DNA of 63,670 nucleotides, the filler included, from Trichomonas gallinae (lineage: Eukaryota): NCBI GenBank assembly GCA_008369845.1. It is 12 parts of 12 records of this genome, joined end to end, with 100 filler letters (N's around TTAATTAATTAA, not from the genome) between each part and the next. Parts side by side here need not be neighbours in the genome. Positions count along the whole stretch, not along the records: positions 1 to 1,162 come from MRSU01001348.1; positions 1,263 to 3,855 come from MRSU01001349.1; positions 3,956 to 5,555 come from MRSU01001350.1; positions 5,656 to 8,271 come from MRSU01001352.1; positions 8,372 to 13,899 come from MRSU01001353.1; 7 more parts are not named here. One strand, 5' to 3'. Below the pieces are notes generated by a model. The model was not told the DNA's origin. It did no database searches and was given only the letters and a program-made list of their open reading frames with translations. Both the position numbers and the translations under genes were made by a program. Shown one piece after another: positions 1-10,005 of the stretch. Position 1 is the stretch's first letter. The number at the start of each line of letters is the position of its first letter.

Positions 1-220
1 TTTATTATTTTTTCATAATCTGTTCACAAGAGTACAATGCATTCCATAAATACAAGAATAACAACTTTTTCCATAAAAAAGTTAATATCATATTTTCATT
101 TACATGTCTTACATTTTACTGTTTCTCAATCGCATTTGTTTGCTTATATATGGGACAGCCACACTTGTTTGAGCGATCGAAAAATTTTGTATCAATACGA
201 TAGCCTTTTTTATGAGATGT

Positions 221-316
221 TTTTTCGGTGCTATCACAGTTCTGCTCCATCATGTGGGATCGATACATCATGGAATTGCCCCATATGATAGAGCTGAACT
301 GTGATAGACCGAAAAA
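221..316. repeat. Long imperfect inverted repeat (~37-bp arms, ~21-nt loop)
   Basis: 221-258 reads TTTTTCGGTGCTATCACAGTTCTGCTCCATCATGTGGG. The reverse complement of 280-316 reads TTTTTCGGT-CTATCACAGTTCAGCTCTATCATATGGG. They differ by one bulge and three mismatches. Confidence 0.9.
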
Positions 317-484
317 GCAACATATTGGCGCGGATAATTTGTGATTCTAGACTTTGCGGGAACATCAAGAATTATTGATGCTACAACCACTATCCATCAG
401 AAGGCAGTTGATATAACATTAATAATTCCTGATATTCTCACAAAGTCAAGAAATGAAATGAAATAAAAATAATTGTTACAAACA

Positions 485-1162
485 TCAAGGATATTTATAA
501 AACGTATAATACGTGACGGTATGGGCATCACCTTGTCTGCAATATGGGCCTCTCAACCAAGCCTGTTGAGGTGTGAGGGTCTCCTCGTACAGCTGGGAGA
601 TTTCTGAATGAGTCCATTGCTCATTATAGCATTGAATGGAAAAATCGAGCTGCTCCATGATTGGGATATATCGTACATTCTGGAAAATAATGTACACCAA
701 ACCCGCTCGATTTTTCCATTCTGCCTCGGCGTGTATGGCTTTGTGCGCTATTGACGAACATTGTTGGACTCCAAAACTTCGGTGAAGTTTTGTCCAACAA
801 ATTCTGTTCCGTTATCCCAGACCACTTGATAAGGAGCCATCCCAATTTTGCGGATGCACTCGACAAGTACTTGGGATGTCTCCTCCATGGTCTTTCTGTG
901 AATAACTTTATAGAACAGAATATACCGAGTCCGATCATCCAGGAGAGTTATCAGATTTCGTTTCCTGCCATCAACGGTGATCTGCTTGAGAGTTTGGCTG
1001 GCTTTGATCTCGAGTACCTTAAGATGTACATCATGATTAATCTTCTTTTCAAGATGTCCAATAAGATGAATGGGGAGATTGAAGTTAGTAATAAGAAATT
1101 CGCAGTACAATGTCTACGCCATTGTACTTCGAATTTCTAAAAGTGTCATTAGTAAAGTTCAC
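485..1162 (-). mobile_element. Degenerate DDE integrase/transposase (rve core, IS481/IS3-like; probably parabasalid IS481EU-type) pseudogene, 5'-truncated by gap
   Basis: Minus-strand translation gives LITLLDDRTR ... VVWDNGTEF ... VRQ*RTKPYTPRQNGKIERVW (in-frame TAG at 748-750). A frameshift near 660 leads to YNEQWTHSEI...TPQQAW. These are the D-D-E region and the YN..H...TP signature of IS481/IS3-type integrases. The first catalytic Asp region (~985-1000) looks deleted. Confidence 0.8.
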
Positions 1163-1262
1163 NNNNNNNNNNNNNNNNNNNNNNNNNNNNNNNNNNNNNN
1201 NNNNNNTTAATTAATTAANNNNNNNNNNNNNNNNNNNNNNNNNNNNNNNNNNNNNNNNNNNN
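1163..1262. other. Artificial contig linker (N44-TTAATTAATTAA-N44); same linker starts at 3856, 5556, 8272, 13900, 32197, 54103, 56005, 59268, 61241, 62524
   Basis: Identical 100-nt N runs, each with a palindromic all-frame stop cassette. Confidence 0.98.
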
Positions 1263-2236
1263 TCCTGTATTTCAGGGATTTCCTCACCCCTGATGATTAC
1301 ATTTGTTGGATCCAGCCATTTTCCATCCCATGTTTGATCTGGAGTAGGCTTCGGTGTTCCTGGATGTATTGATTTTCTTGGAGTCCTCCTGGGTGTTTGA
1401 TCTGGAGATGGTGATGGTGTTTGATCTGGAGACGGTGATGGTGTTTGATCTGGTGATTTTGATGGAGAAGGATCGGGAGATTGTGATGGAGAAGGATCAG
1501 GAGATTGTGATGGTGTTTGATCTGGTAGACGAATAATTGGTTTTGTCTCATCTTCTGTAACTGTAGGGACAGAAGCACGGTCCCCAGGTGCAGCATTGTT
1601 GACAACAAATACTAAGGATTTTCGTTCATAGAGTTGAGCGATTAGATATAATGGAAATGTTCGTATACTGAGACTGACTTCTTCATTGTTTACGGCAGTT
1701 CGAAAACCATTTGTATCTAAATATTTTAAAGTATTTTGACCAACAAGTCTATTTGTGAACGTTGATGATGAAAACCAATGCATGAATATGGTACAAAATG
1801 TGTGTGGATATGTTGTTGCTGGTGTAATATATGTGGATATGTCATAATTAGTTTGAAAAGTTATATATGTTCCATCAGGACATAAATTAGGATTAGTATA
1901 ACCGCCTCTAAATCTAATATTGGAGTCAGTTGATGCTATTACCATCAAAGTTAGTGGTCCTCGATTATAAATAATATTATTCCATTCGCGTTCTTCTAAT
2001 ACTGACCAATCAGAATCAGTATTAGGATCTGGGTTTGGTTGTACAGACTCTTTTATAGTATCAATGAGACCACGGGCTAAAATTGCGAAAAATGATACCG
2101 ATTCTCCTTCAGGAAAAGTAGGAATAGCTTTGAATATGTATTTATTACCTGAAGAAAGATCAACTTTCATCTGAGGGACTGTGTCATCGAATGATTTTTC
2201 GATTATCTCGCATAACGAGAATATCAAAAAAATCAT
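1263..2236 (-). CDS. Type I surface/membrane protein with Ser/Pro/Thr-rich (QTPSPSPD) stalk, N-terminal part (runs into gap)
   Basis: ORF 1211..2287. The likely start is the hydrophobic MIFLIFSLC signal-like segment. The stalk has 24-nt repeats at ~1395-1525. The C-terminal part is at 3550-3855. Confidence 0.75.
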
Positions 2237-3549
2237 TTTTGTTTTGTTTAGTTTATTTAATTCTGAGAGTTGATTGAAAATCATCAAAAAGTGAAAAAAA
2301 ATAAATTCAGAAATTTTTGTGAACTTTGAAAAAAATCGAATAATTTATACTCATTAATATGTATACGATCTATTTTTCTCAACATTCAAAATTTTCAAAA
2401 ATGAAAAACATTCCTACAAATCATATATTATCATTAAATCATATGTTAAAAATTTGAAATGACGATCATTTATGATTCAAAAATTCACTTAAAAAAATCA
2501 ATTATATATGGATTAATTATCATAATAAATGGTATTCATTATCAAAAATATAACGTGAATAAACGTATGATTCATATCGGCTTGATTTCTCTTTTATATA
2601 CGTCGAATCTTCATAATTGGTATGAGCTATTCAATTAATTAAGAAAAATGAAGGTTTTTACGAATATGAGATTTTCGAAATTTACAAAATTTTCATATAA
2701 AATCTTGGGCGGCCAATATAATACATCCCAACGTAGCTGTACTCAACATCCCCTTTCAGAAGACCTCAAACTTTTCTTTAAATGAGTAAACTCAACACAA
2801 AGTGAGTTTGAAACTAAGATTAGTCTTTATTAGTTAATGTTGATTCAAAAACTGGTGATATATGATACGAATCTGCATGCTAAAGACTGTTTTCTAATAA
2901 TATTCAAAATCATATTTTAAAATCGAATGAAATGAATTTTGGTCAGTCTATCCAATACCATATATTCACATTAATATATTGTATCAATTACGCATTGACC
3001 TGTATCTCTAATATATATACATAGTGCAAGACAGTTCGAAGGATCTAAGATTCGACGCAAAATGGAGTTTGCGTTGAAAATATAAAGCTATAATGTGAGT
3101 AGTTGGTGTATATTTCTTATAGATAATATATATATTGATATATTGTTCATTTAAATGATAGATTCTTAGTATATCAAAATGAATTTTCGACTTTTTTGCT
3201 CTAAATTTCGAATTCTCCATCTTAATTTGAATTATATTTTCTGTGATAATAATTCGAACCAGTTGAACACATTGTATCACCAAAAATTTAATCAAAAGAT
3301 TGAATATTGTTCATTATTCGCAATTTTAATGCAAATGCAATTGATTTCTGATAATTTATGCATTGTAGACATTAAACAAATAATAGTAACTCATTCATTT
3401 GTGAAGATTAAAATAATATAATTTCTAATCAGTATGAACTAGAAAATATTTCCATGCATGAAATTAAATTATATAGTAACTCTGGTGAAAAGAATAATAT
3501 TTCATTTAATATAAACAAACAAACAAAAAATAAAAGCAAAACATTTTTT

Positions 3550-3855
3550 TCAATAGGTTTCTGTATATGAGTCGAAATAAAAACTAGAGGACATATCCCA
3601 TTCTGACTCAGAGCATTCATACTCATTCTCATTGCTGTGTAGCTTTTTATATGTCCTAAATCCGTTGATAATTGTCAAAATGACGACACCAATTATAGCT
3701 GCCGTTCCTGTAGTAAAAGTAACGATTTTCTTTGCTTTAGGAACTGCAGTTTTAATATATTTAGTTTGTAGAGGGGGATAAGTTTCCTGTATTTCAGGGA
3801 TTTCCTCACCCCTGATGATTACATTTGTTGGATCCAGCCATTTTCCATCCCATGT
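3550..3855 (-). CDS. C-terminal part (TM + acidic tail) of the same surface protein or its tandem copy
   Basis: Translates TWDGKWLDPTNVIIRGEEIPEIQETYPPLQTKYIKTAVPKAKKIVTFTTGTAAIIGVVILTIINGFRTYKKLHSNENEYECSESEWDMSSSFYFDSYTETY*. The first 23 aa are identical to the end of the 1263-2236 ORF. Confidence 0.8.
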   Translation of the reverse strand, partial: TWDGKWLDPTNVIIRGEEIPEIQETYPPLQTKYIKTAVPKAKKIVTFTTGTAAIIGVVILTIINGFRTYKKLHSNENEYECSESEWDMSSSFYFDSYTETY

Positions 3856-3955
3856 NNNNNNNNNNNNNNNNNNNNNNNNNNNNNNNNNNNNNNNNNNNNT
3901 TAATTAATTAANNNNNNNNNNNNNNNNNNNNNNNNNNNNNNNNNNNNNNNNNNNN

Positions 3956-3987
<32 letters not shown>

Positions 3988-4115
3988 TTTTGTTTTGTTT
4001 TGTTATGTTATGTTTTTGTTTTGAAGGATGAATGAATTGATAAATTATGACGAATATTATAGCAAAATGCAATTTAAAACAATGTATAATATAACAAATA
4101 AAGATCTAAGTAAAG

Positions 4116-5075
4116 TTATGACTTTGGGCCTCTGACTGATTGACAGAAGTCAACTAAAACAATTCTGTTGTCAATGACAGCATGTTGCATCTTCTTGTAA
4201 GCGTTTTCTGCTTCAGATGCCTTTGAAAACTCAATGAATGCATAGCACTTGGACTCGTTCGTTTTCTTGTCTTTGACTAAATCAATTCTAGTAACAGTGC
4301 CAAACTTTGAGAAAACGATTTTAAGTCCGTCTTCTGTTGTTCTCGGATGAAGTTTGCAGACGAATAAAGTAGTGTCTGGAGGCCTGGCGTCAGCATCTGG
4401 GATGTCACCAAGCATGGCAAGGATTTCAGCGTTGTGTTGTGTTTTTAGCTTCTCTAGTTCTTCCAATTCTTTTTGAGGATCTGAAAGTGGAATGATTTCG
4501 TTGTCTTCAAGTCTGTCTATTTCTTTTATGATGTCATATGGCTTAAAACGTATCTTTAACGAGTCAAAACCTGGTGGATCATCGAATGGATCATATAAAA
4601 TTTTTGTGCCGAGAATTCTTATGTTTTTATGTGGTCTGTAAGAACTATCTACGAATTCTGCAGATATTGATTGTATTAATTCGAAGTTTTCTGAAACAAT
4701 TCCAAAAATTGTTCGAATTTTATCAAATCTTGAAAGGTCTCTGCCTAAAGTAATGAAAAATTCTGAAGTATTTTGATCTTTTCCTGAATTGTATGTACTT
4801 AAAAAGCCTGGAGATGAATGAGTGAAATTTTGATTTATTTCATCTTTAACAAACATCGTGTTATTGTTCGTGAGTAGTTGATATATCGTTTTTCCTCCTG
4901 GATTTTGTAGGTTTCCGATTCTACAATAGAAATCTTGCATAATCTCTAAAAATAACGAGTTTTTAAAGTAATCTATTTTGGCAAGTTTCAGCATATTAAA
5001 TCCTTGCATTGGTGCCGTCTTGAGGAACAAATCAACAACAAAAGTTCCTCGAGAAGTAATAAAAGCAATTGACAT
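4116..5075 (-). CDS. PPIL4: Cyclophilin-type PPIase with C-terminal RRM (PPIL4/CYP59-like)
   Basis: N-terminal cyclophilin fold (TSRGTFVVDLF, NTSEFFITL, RPHKNIRI...ILYDPFDDP), LAMLGDIPDADARPPDTTLFVCKL, and RNP1 CYAFIEF. ATG at 5075 with Inr TCATTTT about 10 nt upstream. Confidence 0.9.
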   Translation of the reverse strand: MSIAFITSRGTFVVDLFLKTAPMQGFNMLKLAKIDYFKNSLFLEIMQDFYCRIGNLQNPGGKTIYQLLTNNNTMFVKDEINQNFTHSSPGFLSTYNSGKDQNTSEFFITLGRDLSRFDKIRTIFGIVSENFELIQSISAEFVDSSYRPHKNIRILGTKILYDPFDDPPGFDSLKIRFKPYDIIKEIDRLEDNEIIPLSDPQKELEELEKLKTQHNAEILAMLGDIPDADARPPDTTLFVCKLHPRTTEDGLKIVFSKFGTVTRIDLVKDKKTNESKCYAFIEFSKASEAENAYKKMQHAVIDNRIVLVDFCQSVRGPKS

Positions 5076-5656
5076 CAATAAAAATGAAACAATTGTTGAT
5101 TGAGTATATAATTTATAGTATATATTTTATTATTATTTTCAATTTTTGGGCTTCAAATCATGAAAAATAATTTGAAAAAAGGTATGGAAACTAATAACCT
5201 TATTTTAACGGACGAATGTTGATGGTGCAAAAGTTTTTCACAACACAGATAGTTGGCGACTAACAGTACACCAGTGAGAGTCATAAGGTAAAGTATTATT
5301 TTAACTACGGTTGAGAAAGGAGTAAGTAACACTTCAAAAAGATTATCTCATTATAAAATCAATGTTGTTTAAATTCTAACTTTTACAAGCATAAGCTTCT
5401 AAATATCAAAAAAAAAGCGATTGAACAAATAAAAAAGGTATATTAAAATCGCAAATTTTAGATGGAAAAACTAGTTCTAGAAAAATGGCGACTAGGAGTG
5501 AATATGGTGTTTTTATTCTGTAAACATTCGTATATATGATTTTTATTAACTTTAANNNNNNNNNNNNNNNNNNNNNNNNNNNNNNNNNNNNNNNNNNNNT
5601 TAATTAATTAANNNNNNNNNNNNNNNNNNNNNNNNNNNNNNNNNNNNNNNNNNNNC

Positions 5657-5881
5657 ACTGCAGGAGAAAGCGTCGATGATGGAGATGATCCATTCAGGAA
5701 AGATTTCGATTCTGATGCATCAGACTCTGGGCAAATATTCCCCAATGAATCACACGAATCAACTTCAGAGAAACTTCATATTACAGAAATGCCACAACTT
5801 GATAGCCCACTGCCACAAGTAAATCAGAAAGCACTCGATGATATCCCAATTGATGATGTCGATGAAGATAATGTCCCATAA
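5657..5881 (+). CDS. 3' end of a gene: acidic cytoplasmic tail with DDPF motif (surface-protein-like), 5'-truncated by gap
   Basis: TAGESVDDGDDPFRKDFDSDASDSG...DDIPIDDVDEDNVP*. DDPF also occurs in the tails of the 14281 and 16795 proteins. Confidence 0.6.
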   Translation, partial: TAGESVDDGDDPFRKDFDSDASDSGQIFPNESHESTSEKLHITEMPQLDSPLPQVNQKALDDIPIDDVDEDNVP

Positions 5882-5950
5882 CTTTGTAATTATTCAATAT
5901 AAATATTTTATTCATGCATATTTTTGTTTTTTCCAACTTTAAAATTTTGA

Positions 5951-6622
5951 AAACTCAAACATATTAAACCAACAACTTTCCAAAAAGCGAACCTCACATT
6001 CTTTGTTTATGATCCCACTATATATCGCATATTAAAACAAGTTTTTCGCGATTCTATCGGAAATTTCCCCTACTTCGATAAGGGATTAATTCCATCTTAT
6101 GAACACAGAGTATATTCTTATAATTTCATAAACCTCTACGAGAGAGAAACAATCGCTGGAGATGATATCTCCAATTGTCAAGAAATTAAAGAAAAGATTG
6201 CGCCATTCACCCCTTTTTCTATTATTATTAAAGGTCTCGTTTCTGGGATATATAATGTTGTGTCGCAAGATTTAATGAAAAAGGTGTCAGTAGACTTGCT
6301 GGAAACATATTTGTCGTTCTTGTCGGCATATGGAAAACTGAACCAAAGAACATCACCACTGGAGTAACTCGATATTCCTCTTTTACTAGACTAATTTCCA
6401 AATTCTCCAGTCATCAGGGAAAAAGTTGATCTTATTTTCATTTTCGATGCTGCAGAATCAACTCTTGAAAATTTCAACAATAAAGGCTCAATGACCAAGA
6501 TTATTCTGTCAGCTATATCATTCCATGATAAAGTAATAGCAAATCTTCCCCATAAACCTGCTGAAAAAGACGAATCAAAGACACATGGAGAAGATTTCGA
6601 TTTTAATGACTATATGGAATGA
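5951..6622 (+). pseudogene. Probable pseudogene of unknown family
   Basis: A single frame stays protein-like for ~220 codons (KANLTFFVYDPTIYRILKQVF...TSPLE*LDIPLLLD*FPNSPVIREK...DYME*), with two internal TAA stops and no ATG at its 5' end. Confidence 0.4.
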
Positions 6623-8371
6623 AATATTCATAATACAGCTGTAAGTACATGTTGCCCCTGAGTCCGAGTTTCTATCAAGTATTTCACGAAAACTTTGATG
6701 AAAACATTTGAAGGTATTTTTTAATTGCTAATTCCATTTGTGAGAGTGCAACAACTAGAAACAGTGTTTAGTTTGTATACAAAATATAACATATTTAGTT
6801 TACTAATATTTTCTAACATTTTCCCTCTCAAACAGTTTGTGCTCCTCACAGCTAAGCTCAATGAGATTAAACTATCTAAATGAGTCATCTCCATCAATGA
6901 AAAGAAGCTTGGCGATGTCCGAAATATATCTTCTCTCAAACAATCTCTATTTTAACACATGAATGCTGACTATTTTCCAGAAAAAAATTGATTGCAAGTT
7001 TTTATAAATTAGAAAGAGGTCTTTCTGAACCAACATCCTTATCTTCATGTCGATAAATTTCATAATCAATTGAAAAAATTGGAATTCGTAGAATTTTTTT
7101 CTGATATATGGAGAAAATCATAATGCAAGCTAAAATGCTGTTGTCTGAGCTATCAATATCCCTAGAAAACTATCCTGCAATATGTAAATCGTCATAATTG
7201 CGCATTTCACATAAAATTTAAAATTTGAATCCTTCAACATCGTAATAAACCTATCACGGAATAGGAATGATAGAGGATGGAAACATTGACATGATACTTT
7301 ATGGCATTGGCCTTTTAATTCGAAAATTGAAATCTTTTCTGTTCTTTAGAATTCTAAACCAGATGGATATGGTTTTCACATTGCATGTGATTATATGATT
7401 CTTCTTGCGTTTTGAACTATCTGAAACATTGCACGCAAAAATAAAAATATAATCAACATCCCATGGATATGATGAATAATATCATGTTTTTACCTTATAT
7501 CTTCAGATGGAAACTAAGTTTATGTTGTGTACTTTCGTTGTTTCATAAATAATTTTTGAAATTTCAAAATTCTTCTCCATATTCTGATTAATTTGGTTTA
7601 TCTACTTCCTGATCTCCTTCATCATTTAGTTGACCCTGTTGCAACTACGAAATATAAAATCATAAGTTTCATCTGGACCAAATCAAACGAATTTAAAGGG
7701 AAAAAACTATATATGTATGCATATAGATACTTATTCTTTATAATAAATGATGGGTGTAGTTACACATGAAAATACTTTTTTTGGAGCTTAAGGGTCCGCT
7801 CCGGCCAAATAGCGGTCTATCGTCGTAATTCTATTCTTCATGACATTAACCTATTTTGGTTCAACAAAGCACAAAAAAACTTGAAAAAAATAACTTTGTT
7901 CAATTGCTTTGCCCAATGAATGAGAACAAAAATACAACTTCTCACGATTGGGAGCGTTATATTGACAAAATTGTATTTTTTAATTTCGTCCTTTTCTTTT
8001 ATTTATCCCCAGCATCAGCCGGATGTGACAATTACACAATGTTCTGCTTCAATATACTTTTGCATTTCGAACCAGATTTTTTTCTATATAAGCTTTCATC
8101 AAAGTTTTACAATCCTTTTCAACATCACAAATCGGCCAACATGTCGAGTGTTCATTTATATATTGACTAATAAACACGCCTTAACTAAAACAAAATACCC
8201 AGTTTTGCCACAGTTTGCACTAGGTCCTATTATAGGGGGTGAATCTAACAAATCATATAAATATGACAAAANNNNNNNNNNNNNNNNNNNNNNNNNNNNN
8301 NNNNNNNNNNNNNNNTTAATTAATTAANNNNNNNNNNNNNNNNNNNNNNNNNNNNNNNNNNNNNNNNNNNN

Positions 8372-8647
8372 ATCGAGCTCTACATGAAGGAGAACATCTA
8401 CTACGGCCCAGGCAAGGCTGCCAACGCTGGTGGTGTTTCCGTCTCTGGCCTTGAAATGACACAGAACTCTGTCCGCCTCGCTTGGTCCGCTGAGAAGGTC
8501 GACAAGAAGCTCAAGTCAATCATGCACGATATCTTCGAGGCTGCCCACGCTGCCTCTGAGCAGTACGGCGTCCCACTCTACCAAGGTGCTAACCTTGCCG
8601 GCTTCAAGCGCGTCGCTGAGGCCATGCTCGCTTACGGCTGCTGCTAA
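8372..8647 (+). CDS. gdh: Glutamate dehydrogenase (NADP-type GdhA family), C-terminal fragment
   Basis: PGKAANAGGVSVSGLEMTQNS..W....VD.KL..IM..I and GANLAGFKRVAEAMLAYG. Strongly C-ending codon bias. Confidence 0.95.
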   Translation: MELYMKENIYYGPGKAANAGGVSVSGLEMTQNSVRLAWSAEKVDKKLKSIMHDIFEAAHAASEQYGVPLYQGANLAGFKRVAEAMLAYGCC

Positions 8648-9152
8648 AACAACAAATTAGTTTAGTCTTTTCCAAATTTGATATTTTTTAATTCATTTCA
8701 CAACGCGTATCATAGTATTTAACCTTCTTTCCCGATATATATAATATAGATACAAATTAAACAATGATATGTCAATAAAATGTATTCAAATAAAAATAAG
8801 CATCATTGCTGTAATATTTGCTTTTGGTCTGCTTTAATTTGATATTTAACAATGCTATTTGAGAAAATCATTTAATCGAGAAATTCTTAAGATTGTATAT
8901 TTGATTCACTGCATCAACAAAAAAATGTAAACACGACATCTGTTAATAAACATCGCAAAACAAATCTCTTTAAACAAAACAAATTACAAGGTCAATAATA
9001 AAAAATCTATTTTTCGCATTTTGAGTTACAAAATATGTCTCTGTTCCGAAAAAAATAGCGCTTTGTATCATGCATTGACTGCCATAGCATGACAAATTAA
9101 ATTGAGGAATTCAAAAGATGAAGATGTCGGATAACTCGTCATATAAATGAAA

Positions 9153-9701
9153 TTACTTCTGGTTGTCCATCACCTGTGGAGAAACTGCTGGCAGAACAAA
9201 ATAATCTGTCTTCAATCTTGCGACTAATTGATTAGGCTTAGTTTTCTTTGCAGGCTGATGTGGCACACAGCCAATAATGTTTCTATGTCTGATTCTAGCG
9301 TTTGTGAGCCATGTTTTAATTTGCTGTTCTGATAATCCTGTTTGCTGCATGAGATATTGTCTGTCTGCCTTTGTGGCATAAGGTAAATCCTTGTGGTAAA
9401 TAAGCCATTGCATTAATATTGCTTTATTGTCGTCAGAATGTTTTCCAACTCGTTTTGATTTGGATTTTCGGGTTGTATGCTTTGTTACTGGTGCGTCCTC
9501 ATTATTAGCTGTCTTAGTTTTTGTAGGAGAAGTTTTATTTGCACTTTGTTCTTGAATCGTATCTTGGCTAATTTGAATCTGTTGCTGCCGAGTCGCCTGC
9601 GGAGGAAGGTTGAACAGAAAAGAACTTGTAAAGAACCTCCCGCAGCCAATCATCTGCCCAACAACAGTCCCTGGCGAGTTTTGTTTAGTCAACAATTCCA
9701 T
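9153..9701 (-). CDS. TALE-class (KN-type) homeodomain transcription factor
   Basis: ILMQWLIYHKDLPYATKADRQYLMQQTGLSEQQIKTWLTNARIRHR shows the three-residue loop extension with PY motif and helix-3 W.xNxR. Confidence 0.9.
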   Translation of the reverse strand: MELLTKQNSPGTVVGQMIGCGRFFTSSFLFNLPPQATRQQQIQISQDTIQEQSANKTSPTKTKTANNEDAPVTKHTTRKSKSKRVGKHSDDNKAILMQWLIYHKDLPYATKADRQYLMQQTGLSEQQIKTWLTNARIRHRNIIGCVPHQPAKKTKPNQLVARLKTDYFVLPAVSPQVMDNQK

Positions 9702-9718
9702 TCAGAAACTTGATTCAC

Positions 9719-9896
9719 TGTCAGAAAAAAAAATTTTGATGTAAAACATGTCACTTTTTGTAATATTTATTTACGTGATGGTGTCACTTTTCGAAAATCA
9801 TCATGATATTTTGACATTGTAAAGTCGTGAATGACAAAATTGAGAGCAAATTTGACACTTGATGTTTACCGTGTCAAAAATGTGAAAAATTTGACA
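9719..9896. promoter_or_regulatory. Cluster of eight TGACA/TGTCA sites upstream of the TALE gene
   Basis: Sites start at 9719, 9749, 9782, 9812, 9832, 9853, 9872 and 9892. Confidence 0.6.
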
Positions 9897-10005
9897 TTTT
9901 GATGTTATTTAATGTTAAAATTCAAAAAATAATTAGAATTTCTATTTCGCAGCTGTAAAAATAGAAATCAAGTTTGAATATATGGGTTCTTTTAAGATAA
10001 AAAAT

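Noticed and set aside
1163..1262. TTAATTAATTAA palindrome recurring eleven times
   Set aside because: Always centred in a 100-nt N run; it is an assembly linker with stops in all frames.
37..3632. Short AT-rich track ORFs (37..288, 3008..3295, 3179..3421, 3429..3632 and similar elsewhere)
   Set aside because: I/F/K/N-rich translations of intergenic DNA or wrong-frame overlaps; no coding signal.
3956..4022. Poly(T)/TTTTG tract (and poly(A) at 14000-14034) as retroposon tails
   Set aside because: They lie at contig ends with no TSD or element body visible; simple repeats that broke the assembly.
748..6400. Stop-codon reassignment suggested by in-frame TAG/TAA in two frames
   Set aside because: Intact conserved genes in the window end at TAA, TAG and TGA, and the integrase also has frameshifts, so these are pseudogenes.
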